A stretch of DNA of 63,526 nt, the filler included, from Intoshia linei (lineage: Eukaryota > Animalia > Orthonectida): assembly GCA_001642005.1 (NCBI GenBank). It is 5 parts of 5 records of this genome, joined end to end, with 100 filler letters (N's around TTAATTAATTAA, not from the genome) between each part and the next. Parts side by side here need not be neighbours in the genome. Positions count along the whole stretch, not along the records: positions 16,682 to 38,523 come from LWCA01000622.1; positions 38,624 to 48,200 come from LWCA01001351.1; 3 more parts are not named here. One strand, written 5' to 3'. The stretch's first letter is position 1. The number at the start of each line of letters is the position of its first letter. This document shows positions 26,601-38,689 of the stretch, in pieces. Below the pieces are notes generated by a model. It was not told where the DNA came from. It was given only the letters and a program-made list of their open reading frames with translations, and searched no databases. Made by a program: the position numbers and the translations under genes.

Positions 26601-29600
26601 AAAATGTTAAATTCTAATTTGTTTTTTATGTTTTTCAATTTTTAATAATGATTGTAGCGAGAAGTCTTGACAAATTCAATGACTGTTGCTCTTTTATACA
26701 ACAGGACTGAATTTATAAAATTATTTTTGGAATATGGATTTGCAATGGAGCAATGGCTGGATTATCATATGATTAAAAAACTTTACGAGGTTTTTCATAT
26801 ATTTAAGTTATTTATTATCTATTGCAATGGAAGTGTTCCATTTGTCTGTGTAAGTTTAAATGGATAAATTTTATATCCATTTATTCATCCATCCATCACT
26901 CTAGAACTACCATCGCGGTGCAATGGTGGTGATTTTAACCAACTAAATTTGTCTATGTAAGTCAAATACAATTTAGTAAAAAGTGATCAAAATTTTGCGT
27001 GTAATACATTCGAACCTCTTTAAATCAAAGCGACAAAGTCGCCTAAATTTGCATTCGCAATTCTAGAGACAATTCTTGTATATTACATGATACTAATTTT
27101 GAATTAAATGGGTAACTGTAATATTTTTGTCATTATTATTTTATCGTATAGTGTCACATTATTATTACATCGTAACATATTTATAGCTCATAATTAGCCT
27201 TAGAACGAAATGTAATGATTAAAATCACCACCGGTGGTAGTTCTGATTAAGTGGTTAATCTTCCAACATAATAAAATGATATTAATTTTATAAATAACAA
27301 ATACACGTGTAAATTAAAATAAATCATTTAGTTTCCAGTGAGATCCAATTTGTACATAAAGCTATTAAAATATTATAAAAAGGTAATTTAAATATAACCA
27401 TGTAAATAGTGTTAATATTCCTTTATAATAATAATTAATTAGACTAGACCCAGAAAAAATTATATATATGATTACCATGACACAGTCAATTTGGTAGTTG
27501 ATTTGTTGGGGAATGAATATAATCAAATAAATAAAAATTGTCAGCATAGTGACTGTACGGTTGACAGTCCATGTAAATGTACAATTCATGATTTGGTAAT
27601 TTGGGCAATTCTCACTGAAAGACATGAAATTGCATTTTTTTTGTGGGAATACGGCGAAGAAAATATAGCCAGAGTAAACTATGATTTGGAAATGTAAATA
27701 TATTTTAGATTCTTTTTTGTGCGAGATTATATAAACAGATAATTTTTGTACTACGAAATGAGAGAATGTATTCAGATAGCATTCACATACTTGAAAATCA
27801 AGAAAGGTAATGACTACTTATTATGGTGTGAATTTGAGGTTTTTTCTTTTTTTTAAATGTTTTTGTTTAAGCACGGTTAACAACAGATATGATACATGTA
27901 GTTTTATAGCTATGCTAAAAAAAATTATTTTTGATAAATTTTAACGGAGACGATTTAAATTTAACAAATTGGATACGATATACAATATCGGAAAAATTAT
28001 TAGAAATTATTGCTAATTGTTAATTAGAAGTGTTTAAATTGATAACAATGTAAATAAATATATTTATTAGTAAGCTTATATAATTAGTATTTTGTTGTAC
28101 CACCCTTAGCAGCAAGACATGCTGTAATGTGCCTAGGCATACCCTCAATCAATGTTTTGCATAATTCCTTTATTCTGTCGGAATTTTTCCATACGTATTT
28201 AACTCGGCGAATAAGGTCTAATTTTGATGAAATTTTTTCTGTATACACTTGGTACTTTAATACTTTCCATATATTTTCAATTGGACTCATATCCGAGTTA
28301 CTTGGCCAAGGTAGCACGTTGAGGTTTACGGAATTGAAGAAATCTTTTACGGACCGGGCAGTGTGCGAGATCTTGCTGAAAAATATGGCTCGTGTTGTTT
28401 TTCCAGTTTGGATAAATATGAAGACAATCCTTCAGTACTTCTATGTACTTGTGTTGCGTCATAGTACCCTCAATAATAAAAATAGGGCCTGGTCCAGAAC
28501 TAGAAATGGCTCCCCATACCATTATTTTAGTTGGAAATTTAACCGTTCTTGACATGCAATCACTTCTGAAAGCTTCTGTCGACCTGCGGCGTACTTTGAT
28601 ATGTCGTTTATCCATCTTAGTTACCATAGATTCATCAGAGAAAATTAAGAAATTATACAATATATATATAATACAATAAGAAACATAATATATACGAATA
28701 TCAAATATTTACATTAAATATCATTTACCTTGCTCCAATCATCTGTATTCCAATTTTTATGTAGATTAGCCCAATTTAATTTTCTTGTTTTCATTCTATT
28801 TGTTAATAAGGGTTTTTTTGTCTAACGTATGATTTTAATCCAGTCTCCAGGAGCTTATTGTTTACAGTTCTTGGTGTAATACTGCTGGATGAACACTGAA
28901 ACTCACTTGAAATCATATTACACGTCATAAAACGGTCTTGTAATGCCATTCTTACTATTTTTCTATCCATTTTTTGATTTGATGCCCGTTATCTACCACA
29001 GTTTTTTTTCTATTTGGCTCCAAAGATAGGTTTGGGTTTAGTTTTTTTTCTTGAAACAGTTGATTCAGAAACATTGCTCATTGATGAAATGTTTTTCTGG
29101 GAATGATTTGAGTGTTCAATTAGCGCAATAATTTTTAATTTTTTTTCTGGTAGAATATCGGACCTTTTACCCATTATAAATCAAAATTTCAAAATAAAGT
29201 GATGTAGAAATGACTGATTAATAAAAAAAACAGATTATCGTCAGTTTTAAACTTATTAATAATAATGATAAAAGTATTGTGAAGATGATTTATAAATATT
29301 GCGCATTAAGGATTAACCTGTATTATAAGATTAAAATGTCATAACATTCCGCAGTGTATAGTATGCATTATATAAAATTGTTCAGTATGTATTTTTTACA
29401 ATCAATATGAATGTACTAATGATTTAAATTGATTAAACGAACGTTTAACATGATATATTTAATAATATGAAGTATTATATAAAATTATAAAATAATTTCT
29501 AATAATTTTTCCGATACTGTATAGCTAAATAGTAATGAAATTCAAAAATACAATTTTTTGAATGGTCAGTTTTGAAAAATGAGGCCTGCATTTTACATAT

Positions 29601-32600
29601 TTGCGTCAAAAACGCAATTTCCACTTTATTTAAAATTAATTCAATAAACTTTGTCACTATCGTTTTTCAAATTTAAATTAAACTATTACTTCTCTGAATT
29701 CAATGTTTAATTTTTTAACTAATTATTTTAAAAAACTAAGAATAATAGAGTTTTAAACAAAACAATTCTAAGGCAGTTTTTTCTTGCGAATGTTTTAGTA
29801 TGAATTAAAATTTTTTAAAAATAAGATTTCTGCAGTTAAAAACATATTTTATCATTAAATATTTAGCATACTTACATTTAATCTGTCCTGGAAAGAGTTT
29901 GACGTTTTGTACGTAGATACAATGTGACTATGTTAACATGATATTAAACCTATCTTATCTAGCGGACCACTGGTCACGTCACTTTTAAATTTCTTATACA
30001 GTTTATTTATTATTTTCAAAGTAATGAATTTTGAAACGAGTTGATCATGACTAGTAATCTAGTCAATGAAATTAACACAGTAATTTAGTGAAAAGTGTGA
30101 CAAATAGCCCTTTACCCACAAATCAAATAATCAACATTATATTAAAAAATTAATTGATTAAATTTATATTTAGAAAATTTTCTGAACTAGCAATAGAGTT
30201 GCTTGATTTATATTCAAAAAAAAACAATGATAAAACTCATCAGCTTTTAACATACGAGTTGAGTTCGCTGGGAAAGCAAACGTGTTTATCATTAGCTGCT
30301 AGTGCTTCAAATCGAGATTTTCTTGCACATTTTGCTATACAAATGCTTTTACATAAAATGTGGATGGGTGCTATCAGATCCACGTCATATGTATGGTTAA
30401 AAGTAATATATTGTCTTTTTAATATAGTATACTAGTTTGGCTATTGTGTACTTTGTACAAAAAGCAGCTAGCTAGCCGTTTTTTGAAAAACTCATTCTAT
30501 TCCACGATACCGGGAAGGCGTAGACTTCTGGGGTTAAAATTTTGTATCTATACCGACTGGGATAAGCTGTATCAGAATAATAATAACAGTTAAATATTTC
30601 AAATTTTTTGATTTCATAAAATGAATACTATAGCGCTTTTTTGACTGAGGCGCCACTTTGTCAGATTGAAATTTTTTCAGTGTATTAACTGAATATCACT
30701 GTATCATCTCATTTTTTTTAAAATGATAGAACTAATATCATTATTTAAAAAAAGGCACATTGGATTAATACCCTAAAGAATTCAATTTCTAAAAATAAAG
30801 CATAGATAAAAACATTATCCACACAAAATGATATTAAAAATTGTGTTTATTTAAATTCTACGACTGTTAATGTTTTAAATAAACGGTACCACTCACTGTG
30901 TGTCACACAGACAGTCAATTGAATCTAATGTAAATAAAAAAGGTCCATAGCGTTAATAAATATTTTTAAAAATTAGATTTTTATATGTATATTCTGTCCA
31001 TTATTGATACCGAAAATTGAATATAAAACAGAAAAAGAAATTAAACTCTTACCGCAAACTGAAGATGAACATTTTTATTCAAACAGAAACAACAGTTCTA
31101 TAAACTCAACTTATTTACAGCATGATGTTAAAATGAAAAAAAATGAAATTGCAATTCCATTAATGAATGAAGCAGGCTGCATTATTAACAAGGTAAAAAT
31201 TTAACGCAACAATAATTTAAACTTAGAGAATGGAAATTTATTATGATAATATGGATAAAGTTTCTAATCTTCAATGGACTAAAAAAATATACGAATTTTA
31301 TACTGCTCCAATTACCCTGTTTTTGCTGCATACAGTAAGCAACTATTAAATGCAAATAAAATTAAAAACGTAGATAACATATGTTGCTTTCCTTATATCA
31401 TATAGTATAGTGGTCTTATCACCAATAAGCCAGTATACAACCACGATAGAATTTATAGTTTTATTCTACATGTCTAGTTATTTCATCGATACATTTATTT
31501 ATGTAATACCTACATTATTTATCAGTAGAAGTAGTATTAATATTGTCAATTCTAGATACGATCTCTATCCTATCCCTCTTGGGCAGATAAATTCAAAAGA
31601 TACTACAACAACGCTTGGAATGCATTAGAAATTTTCTGTTTAACACTATTTTTTTTCGCTTTCGTTGTTCGACAGTTTAGTCCGCCTTACGGTAGAGTTA
31701 TGTATGCAGTAAATGTTGCTTGCTGGTATATAAAATTACTAGATTATCTAAGTGTCGATCAAGTGTTGGGGCCTTATGTGAAAATGCTGTTTAAAATGGT
31801 AAAGTAAATATATTTGAATTTATCAAGTTTAGATACAAGATTTAATTACTTGGGCAGTTATTCTCATGCTGTTGATGCTATCATTCGGTGTGGTTCGTTA
31901 CTCTGTTCGTCATGAAAATACACCACTTTCATGGAAGACTTTACAAAACGTGTTTATGGAACCATATTTTATGATATACGGTGAAGTTTATGCAAATTCC
32001 ATTTCAAGTAGTTTTGATAATGTACAATTTACTAATCGTTAATAGTAGGATGTAAACCAGGCGAAAAATGTCATGTGGCAGATTGGGTAGTTCCGTTGAC
32101 TATGGCAGTATATTTAATTATATGTAATATACTTTTGGTGTCTCTGCTTATTGCTGTGCTAAAGTAAATGTTTTGTTTAATATTTTTATTGAGTTTAGTG
32201 GAACGTTTGAAAAAGTCAATAAAATGTCTACAATAATTTGGAAATCTTCTTTTTATGATAGAGTTATAATGTACGAAAATAAGTCACTTTTACCTCCTCC
32301 ATTGACTATTATTTATATTATGCTTATTTTATGTAAATGCAAGTTTTGGAAATTTCAGAATGTCAACAAAGGAAGATCACTCAGTAATTACGAAGTACAT
32401 GTTGTACTTATATTTATAAACTTGCCTTTGTGTAGTTTTATTTTGATGGAAATTTTTTTTACTTTAACATCTCAGTAGTTTGATTTTAATAGAGCTTCTC
32501 AGTGTATCATCAATTTTAAATGTATTTTTAAGCAGACCAATTTTTTATACATCCAACCCACGACAACCACGTTTTTCTTCTATATTTAGGGTATAAAAAT

Positions 32601-34410
32601 GTGACCTACCTTAGTAAATAATTTAAAGATGTACAATATTAGATGATCTGAAAAATGTATGTAGAAAAAAATACTAAATAGCCACTGACGTGGTTATATT
32701 TTTCTATTAACAAATTTTACAAAATGAATGCATTTTTATTGAAATTCCCCAAAAAATAAATTGGACTATTGGTATTGCGGAATCTATAGTCATTACTTAT
32801 TTTAAAAATAAAAATAAATTATCATATTCTTGATTTATTACAGCTTATCAATTTAGAATTGTACTTAAAACCACATGAATTAAAAACACTATACACTTTT
32901 GAACAGGAACGAATCGAAGAAAGGTTAATAAACTTGAAAAATAAGGATTTGACGGAGCATATAATGCTAAACCGAATGCTAGAAAAGTAATTTACTATTT
33001 ATAACATACCAGGTCTCTGAAATTGATTTTACGTTTTGTATTTCGTAAAATAGTTACCAAATAAAATAATTGAATACTAAGTGCTTTTTTAAGTGAGAAG
33101 GCGTCACTTTGATAATTTCAAATTTGTTGTGTTAATTTGAATATAATGAATCAGCTGTAATGATTTTAAAGTTCTAAGACTCTTCATTTTTTAAAAAGGG
33201 TCATATGGGGTTTTGATTGTTAAAATACATTTTTTTGCGGTTGCGATTTATGATAAAGATGATGATTTTTAAAACTATCCCAGAATTTATGTTGTATAAA
33301 ATTCTAGGGCTCATTTTATTTTAAAAAAAAAATCGAGGTTTTGAATTAGAAGATTTAAGACAATTTTATGATTGGTCCCATTATTTGTTGTATTTTAAAA
33401 TTCTAGGTCTGATTTTATTTAAAAAAAAAAATTGATCCTGAAGGTGTATGTTTCTGAAACTGATATTTACGACAATTTGATGACTTTAAAACGGGTCTCA
33501 TTATTTATTGTTTTTTAATTATTTCTAGGGATCATTTTATTTAAAATAAAAAAAGGAAATTCTGGATTTGAACCTGAGGGAGTAAGTTTCTAAAACCAAG
33601 ATTTACGACTATGTTAATGATTTTAAAATGGGTCCCATTATTTATGATTTTTAAAATTCGAGGGCTGATTTATTTATGAAAAATAAATGTTAAATAGAAT
33701 TTTTCACAAAGTAATCAAACAAAAACAAAAAAAGTTAAACTTTGTTTTTGAGATCAATTCTGATGGTTTCAAATGGTTACCGATATAAATTTTTAGCAAA
33801 TGGTTATGTAATTAGGGATTGAAAAAAAAATTACAAAATGTTATTATAAATATAGATAACAGAGCTGGTTCAATCTATGAAATACGCATCTTAACTTTTT
33901 ATCTGTGAAAAATTTTTAGGGACCTATTTTCCAATTTTTGTTTGATTATGTTTTGTGAAGCAAGAATTCAGATTTTTATAAATCTTACAAATCGGCTAAG
34001 TTTTATAAGGGACCCAAAAAATGTTTGATGAAATAGGGTCAGCTAAGAAACGTTTAATAACAACTGACATTAACTATCAACTATTTAGAATGGAAGAAAT
34101 GTCATATCGAATGAGCGACATACAAAACACAAATACATCATTATGCGACACCATTTGTCGATTAGAAAATGGATTAGAAAATAGCTATTCAGACACATTA
34201 AAAAATAGAAAATTAATGCAATCGCATCATTACGACCAAAACATATTTAGTACACTAAGTAGGAACATTTCAATGAAATTACAAAAAAGCAACATATCAG
34301 AAAATTCAAAGATTGCAACAACCACAATTTCCGTTAATGACGTATACCCTACAAACGATAAAAAATCCAATATTTTGAAAAAAACACACAAAAGACATTA
34401 TTCCAACTAA
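20646..34410 (+). CDS. TRPM-family cation channel (TRPM1/3/6/7-like pore, no C-terminal enzyme domain)
   Basis: Exons give FNKRECCRYEP, EPTDAFGCIEY, YVRMDYDT...WNLDLPNAIISIHGG...IWIFTTGTNTGVVHYV, FGIAPWG, YLLADDGTSGTYGAEIGLRMNLEKYI, HDLVIWAILTERHEIAFFLWEYGE, LLTYEL...TCLSLA...FLAH..QMLLHKMWMG, EFYTAPI, LGPYVKM, EPYFMIYGEVYA, NILLVSLLIAVLN and LLPPPLTII. Stop at 34408-34410. The start exon is tentative. Confidence 0.92.
21782..22431 (-). mobile_element. Short Helitron copy with both termini, in a TRPM intron
   Basis: Minus-strand 5' TCCTTACTTATATAATATAC and 3' hairpin plus CTAG; internal tandem subrepeats at about 22120-22260. Confidence 0.8.
23720..23830 (+). repeat. Short dispersed TACGATC repeat cluster
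   Basis: About six copies of tacgat(c) within 110 bp. Confidence 0.55.
26902..27245. mobile_element. Degenerate MITE (possibly piggyBac-like)
   Basis: Inverted ends agaactacca...ggtggtgattttaa / ttaaaatcaccaccggtggtagttct. No clean TSD. Confidence 0.5.
27983..29519 (-). mobile_element. Full-length but decayed Tc1-family transposon in a TRPM intron
   Basis: About 29-bp TIRs CA(A/G)TATCGGAAAAATTATTAGAAATTATT with TA TSD. Transposase from ATG 29174 to 28084 has IFSDES, IMVWGAIS, FQQD, LPWPSNSDMSPIENIW and KGGTTKY, with frameshifts. Confidence 0.92.
30432..30945 (-). mobile_element. Helitron-family copy (second subfamily)
   Basis: A|CTAG terminus with a TGTAC-TTT-GTACA hairpin; shared internal blocks. 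Confidence 0.65.
33050..33690 (-). repeat. Helitron-derived fragment with several tandem subrepeats
   Basis: Recurrent ...tttaaaa(c/t)gggtc(t/c)catta...ttctaggg... units; homologous to internal Helitron sequence. Confidence 0.55.
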
Positions 34411-34435
34411 ATTGTAGTATATTGTAAAAATTTAT

Positions 34436-35402
34436 TTATAGGAGAACAGCAGTTTGAGGATCACTAAAAACATTATAGTAGTGGTATAAAATAAAATTAC
34501 TATTTCCAATTGCTATCCAAAACGTTTTTTGTCTTATAATGTCTAGCTAATCTGTGAATTCTACTTTCAACCAATACCAATCTAAATTTAGAGCTGCTGT
34601 CCTAAAAAATACAATTAAATTAACATGATTCACATTATTAAGTAATAATTTTACGGTGTTAAACTGACATATGTATGAGGGGAATTAAACTAATTCAGTC
34701 AATTGAATAACTAAATACCTACATTACCAACCCTATGAAGAATATTTCACGTCGTTACAGGGATCAGTATGAAACATAATTATCTCTCATTTTATTAAAA
34801 TTTAACTTTACAATGGAATTATTCAATAATATTGCTCATTAAAAAATTTAAGTCATCAATAGTCCTCATCAATACTATATCATGATTCATTAATTAAAAT
34901 TAAATAGTGTGTAAAATAATATAAAGTACAGTTCTATTAGATTCCATGTGTTTACGAATACTAATAGCCTTTTTCATCAAATTGTGTAAATCTTCTGGTA
35001 CTTTTGGTGCCAAGCCAGTCATTTTCAAAATTCTGAGAATTTTTGATCCTGTAATACGCTTAACAGAACCTATTGCATGAGAATCCCTCAACGCAACACC
35101 TAAACATGATACATAAAATAAAACACAACAAACCAATTTGGGAAGGTGCCAAACCCATTTTAGCCAATCTCATTACTAATTCTTTTACATCAGGTGGTGT
35201 AGCCTTGTTCCACTAAAATACATAAAAATATATTTTTAAATGATAAAATGCAAATAATTTACCGTTGGTGGTCTTTTTACGTATGGTAAAACTCTTTTTG
35301 AAATTCCCTTTCTAAAAAACAAATTAAGTTATAAACTCACAAAAAACAAAAAAAATTTAATATAAAATAAATATATTACCCATTACTGTGCATTCGACCC
35401 AT
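34436..35402 (-). CDS. RPS13: 40S ribosomal protein S13 (uS15), 6 exons
   Basis: [18 protein letters not shown]...[17 protein letters not shown]...[23 protein letters not shown]...[19 protein letters not shown]...[12 protein letters not shown]. Confidence 0.97.
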
Positions 35403-35757
35403 ATTTACTTTTTAAATAAAAATTATTGAAATTTGTAACACACTAAGTAAGCGATATTTAATTTATCAATTGTGACAACCGTTTTTATATTATTGTTTTA
35501 AATAATGTTATATTTATTTTGATATTGATAATGTTATGAAAATTAAATTAATTTCATTTTTTCATTTTTTATTCTATTTCTCATTTTCACGTGATTCGAT
35601 TTTATCATTCATTTATAATAGTAATGTATGCTTTATAAATTATTTATTTAAAAATATCAATAAACTAATAGACTATTTGTTGTAATTATAGTTGCAATGA
35701 AACTAAGTTAAATACATCAATAAATTATATTCTCGAATTTAAATTTAAAATATAGAA

Positions 35758-37610
35758 ATGGGATTAATAAATTTTGCGATACGAAATTTATCAAATGGTT
35801 TGTATTAAAATGTAATTTTAAAAACAAAAATTACAATTTCAGGTATTAAAAACTGTCAATATATTGTCTGTAAAACCGTTGGGAAAGAAAACAATGTTGG
35901 TTTAATTCAATTTAATCGTCCCAAGCAATTAAACGCATTATGTGATGGACTTGTTAAGGAGGTGGCTGAGTCATTAAAACTGTACAATTGCGACAATAAA
36001 ATAGGATGCATTGTTATCACTGGAAACGAAAAAGCCTTTTCTGGTTTATATACTGTTACCATAATAATTTATAAAAAAAATATCAAGTGCAGCGTACTTG
36101 AGTCAAGGGTTCCCACATTTTCTTTACCGCGGACCGGTAATTTACTATAAAATTTCTATTAAAAATAAAAAAAATACGATAATTATAATATTTATTTTAT
36201 TTTTATTTGAATAATTTTATTCGGCCGGCATGTGGGAACCACTGCTTCAGATCATAAAGTTTAAAGTCACACTTTTTGACAATTTTGTCACAATTTATTT
36301 ACAATTTCTAGCTGGAGCCGATATAACTGAAATGCAATCAAAAAAATTTTCTCACACTTACAATGAAAGATTTTTATTGGATTTTCAACGCATGTTTCAC
36401 ATTGATAAGCCAATAATTGCGGCTGTGTCTGGTTATGCTGTAATTATAAAATTTCAATCGAGATTGCATACTTGATATTTTGTTATAACACAGCTCGCCG
36501 AATGAGCACTTTTAAAAATCATCTGACCAAACGGCATTAGATCTTGTTCACGGTGACGAAATGATCAGAACGTGATGCCTCACTTAATTTCTAAAGGTCG
36601 CTAAGTGGCTTAGTTTATGGTTAATTTTTGGTTTATTAGCCCGTTGTGCTCCTTCAAGAGAAACTATTTGACAATCCTTTAATGATAGCGTTTTGAAGTA
36701 TCGACGTTCATTATAAAAAATGACATTGACTGATGCACAAAAGAATGGCCGCCTAAATTTTGTACGCAACCTTTTTTTTAATAGGGTTGATATCGATAAA
36801 ATTGTATTTCGGATAAATGTAGATTTTCTTTAGATGAAAGTGATAATATTATGTCGTGGAAACCATTAAAACTCAGAAAAAGCATTTTAAGGTGGATCCA
36901 TAATGATTTGGGATTGTTTAACATCTTGCGGGAAAGTTATGATTAGGAAATTGGACCATACGGTTAATACCGATTCTTATAAAAAAGTTTATTTGAAGAT
37001 GTATTCGAAAAAATATATATGAATACTAAAATGTTTTTTTAATCGTGATGTCGTCACTTATTCGTGTTGAAATTTTTTATGTGTGTTAACATGATACAAC
37101 TTTAACACCTGTAAATTTTTTGAAGTTCTAGGGCTGTTTTCATCAAAAAAAGATGGGTAATTTGTGGTTTTGGCCCTGAAGATATAATTTTTTTAAATTT
37201 ATGGTAATGTTTATGATTTTAAAATCCGTGTTAGCGTATATATTTTTTTAAATTTTCCAACTTGTTGAATTTTCAAAAAGAGGGACAAAGTGAATTTATG
37301 ACCCGTAAGATGTGAAATTGGGAGATTGAAATTAAGTTTGCAAACACCCCCAGGGAAAAACTGTAATTGAAATGTGAACTTTATAAAATTCTAAGACGGG
37401 TAGTTATTTAAATAAAGCGTAACACACAGACACACACAAAAACAAAAATCGAGTAGCATATTATATAAGTTAGGACTACTGTACTTACTTTAATGTTAAT
37501 ATGATTGAAGTTAGGAGGAGGCTGTGAATTGGCAATGTCTTGCGATATAATTTATGCTTCAAATTGTGCAAAATTCAGTCAACCAGAAATTAAAATTGGC
37601 ACTATACCTG
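35758..37610 (+). CDS. ECHS1: Mitochondrial short-chain enoyl-CoA hydratase, 5' portion (remainder not seen before the gap)
   Basis: [19 protein letters not shown]...[11 protein letters not shown]|AGADITEM...[11 protein letters not shown]|[16 protein letters not shown]...[12 protein letters not shown]. Confidence 0.92.
36650..37000 (+). mobile_element. Tc1 transposase remnant in an ECHS1 intron
   Basis: Degenerate [14 protein letters not shown] motif at about 36890-36932. Confidence 0.5.
37005..37475 (-). mobile_element. Helitron copy, 5' half
   Basis: Minus-strand start TCCTAACTTATATAATATGC at 37475. Confidence 0.75.
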
Positions 37611-37702
37611 GTTTTTTATTTAATATATATTTTAAATTGTAATTACACTAGTCAAGAAAAATCAATTTTAAAAATATTTCTTTATGAAACTCTCTATGTA
37701 CA

Positions 37703-38523
37703 TTAGGGTGGACACAATTTTCATAGAAAATTTATTTTTACATTTGATTACATTTTTACATTACATCTGATAGGCCCTTCTATAATTTTGTTCATTTTAT
37801 AAATACATACACACATGCCAAATTATAGATAAAAAATAACATCATAGAAGTGCTCAATGACGTGCAAAGCTAAAAAATTAGACATTTTGGTCAAAAAATT
37901 GAAATGAATGGTCATATATATTTGTTTACTAATATTCTCTGATGGGCCATTCTCTAATTTTATTCTACTGATTCATACGTATGTCTATGCAAAACTTTAG
38001 GAAGCAAGATTAATTTTAATGTAGTGCTCAAATTGGTTTTAAGTTTACCCAGCTTTATTAATTTAAATTATAAAGTTTTTTTTTGAAATGCACGTGTTAG
38101 CAAGATCCGCGGATTATATTTGGATAATAGGCAATGTGATGGAAGATTGTTGTAAATATAACTTCCCAACATTACGGGACGTATTGAAGGTTTATTTTTA
38201 TCATAGAAAAAAGGAATATGGGGTTTCCCAAGTTTTGAATATTACTGTGATGAAAGTGTTAGATTTGTGGATTACAAGTTAAATTTCTATTACAGACAAG
38301 AAACATATTGTAAATATATTAAAGACATACTGCGAACGCTATAATTTATTAAAAAAGAATAAAAATAGGAGATGTAAGTCCCAAATATTACGTGAGAATA
38401 ATTTCATTAATACAATTGATAAATTGTTCGATATATTGCGCATAAATGCCGAGTTTATATGTACACATCCTGAAGACTTGTGTTTTTTACGTGATCAGAG
38501 AAATAAAAGAAAGATGATGTTTG
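37703..38523 (+). mobile_element. DNA transposon 5' end with TTAGGGTGGACA terminus (hATm-like) and decayed transposase N-terminus
   Basis: FPTLRDVLKVYF...VLDLW...KLFDI...EDLCFLRDQRNKRKM with an internal stop. The superfamily assignment is from memory. Confidence 0.55.
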
Positions 38524-38623
38524 NNNNNNNNNNNNNNNNNNNNNNNNNNNNNNNNNNNNNNNNNNNNTTAATTAATTAANNNNNNNNNNNNNNNNNNNNN
38601 NNNNNNNNNNNNNNNNNNNNNNN
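38524..38623. other. Assembly gap with TTAATTAATTAA spacer
   Basis: 100-nt N run with linker; ECHS1 and CCDC13 are both incomplete on either side of it. Confidence 0.97.
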
Positions 38624-38689
38624 AAATTATTAATTTTTGAATTTATGTAAATTTATTGTAAATTATTTTAAAATAATTTAAAATAAACC

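Noticed and set aside
28127-28679. 141-aa and 78-aa + strand ORFs
   Set aside because: Antisense shadows of the Tc1 transposase.
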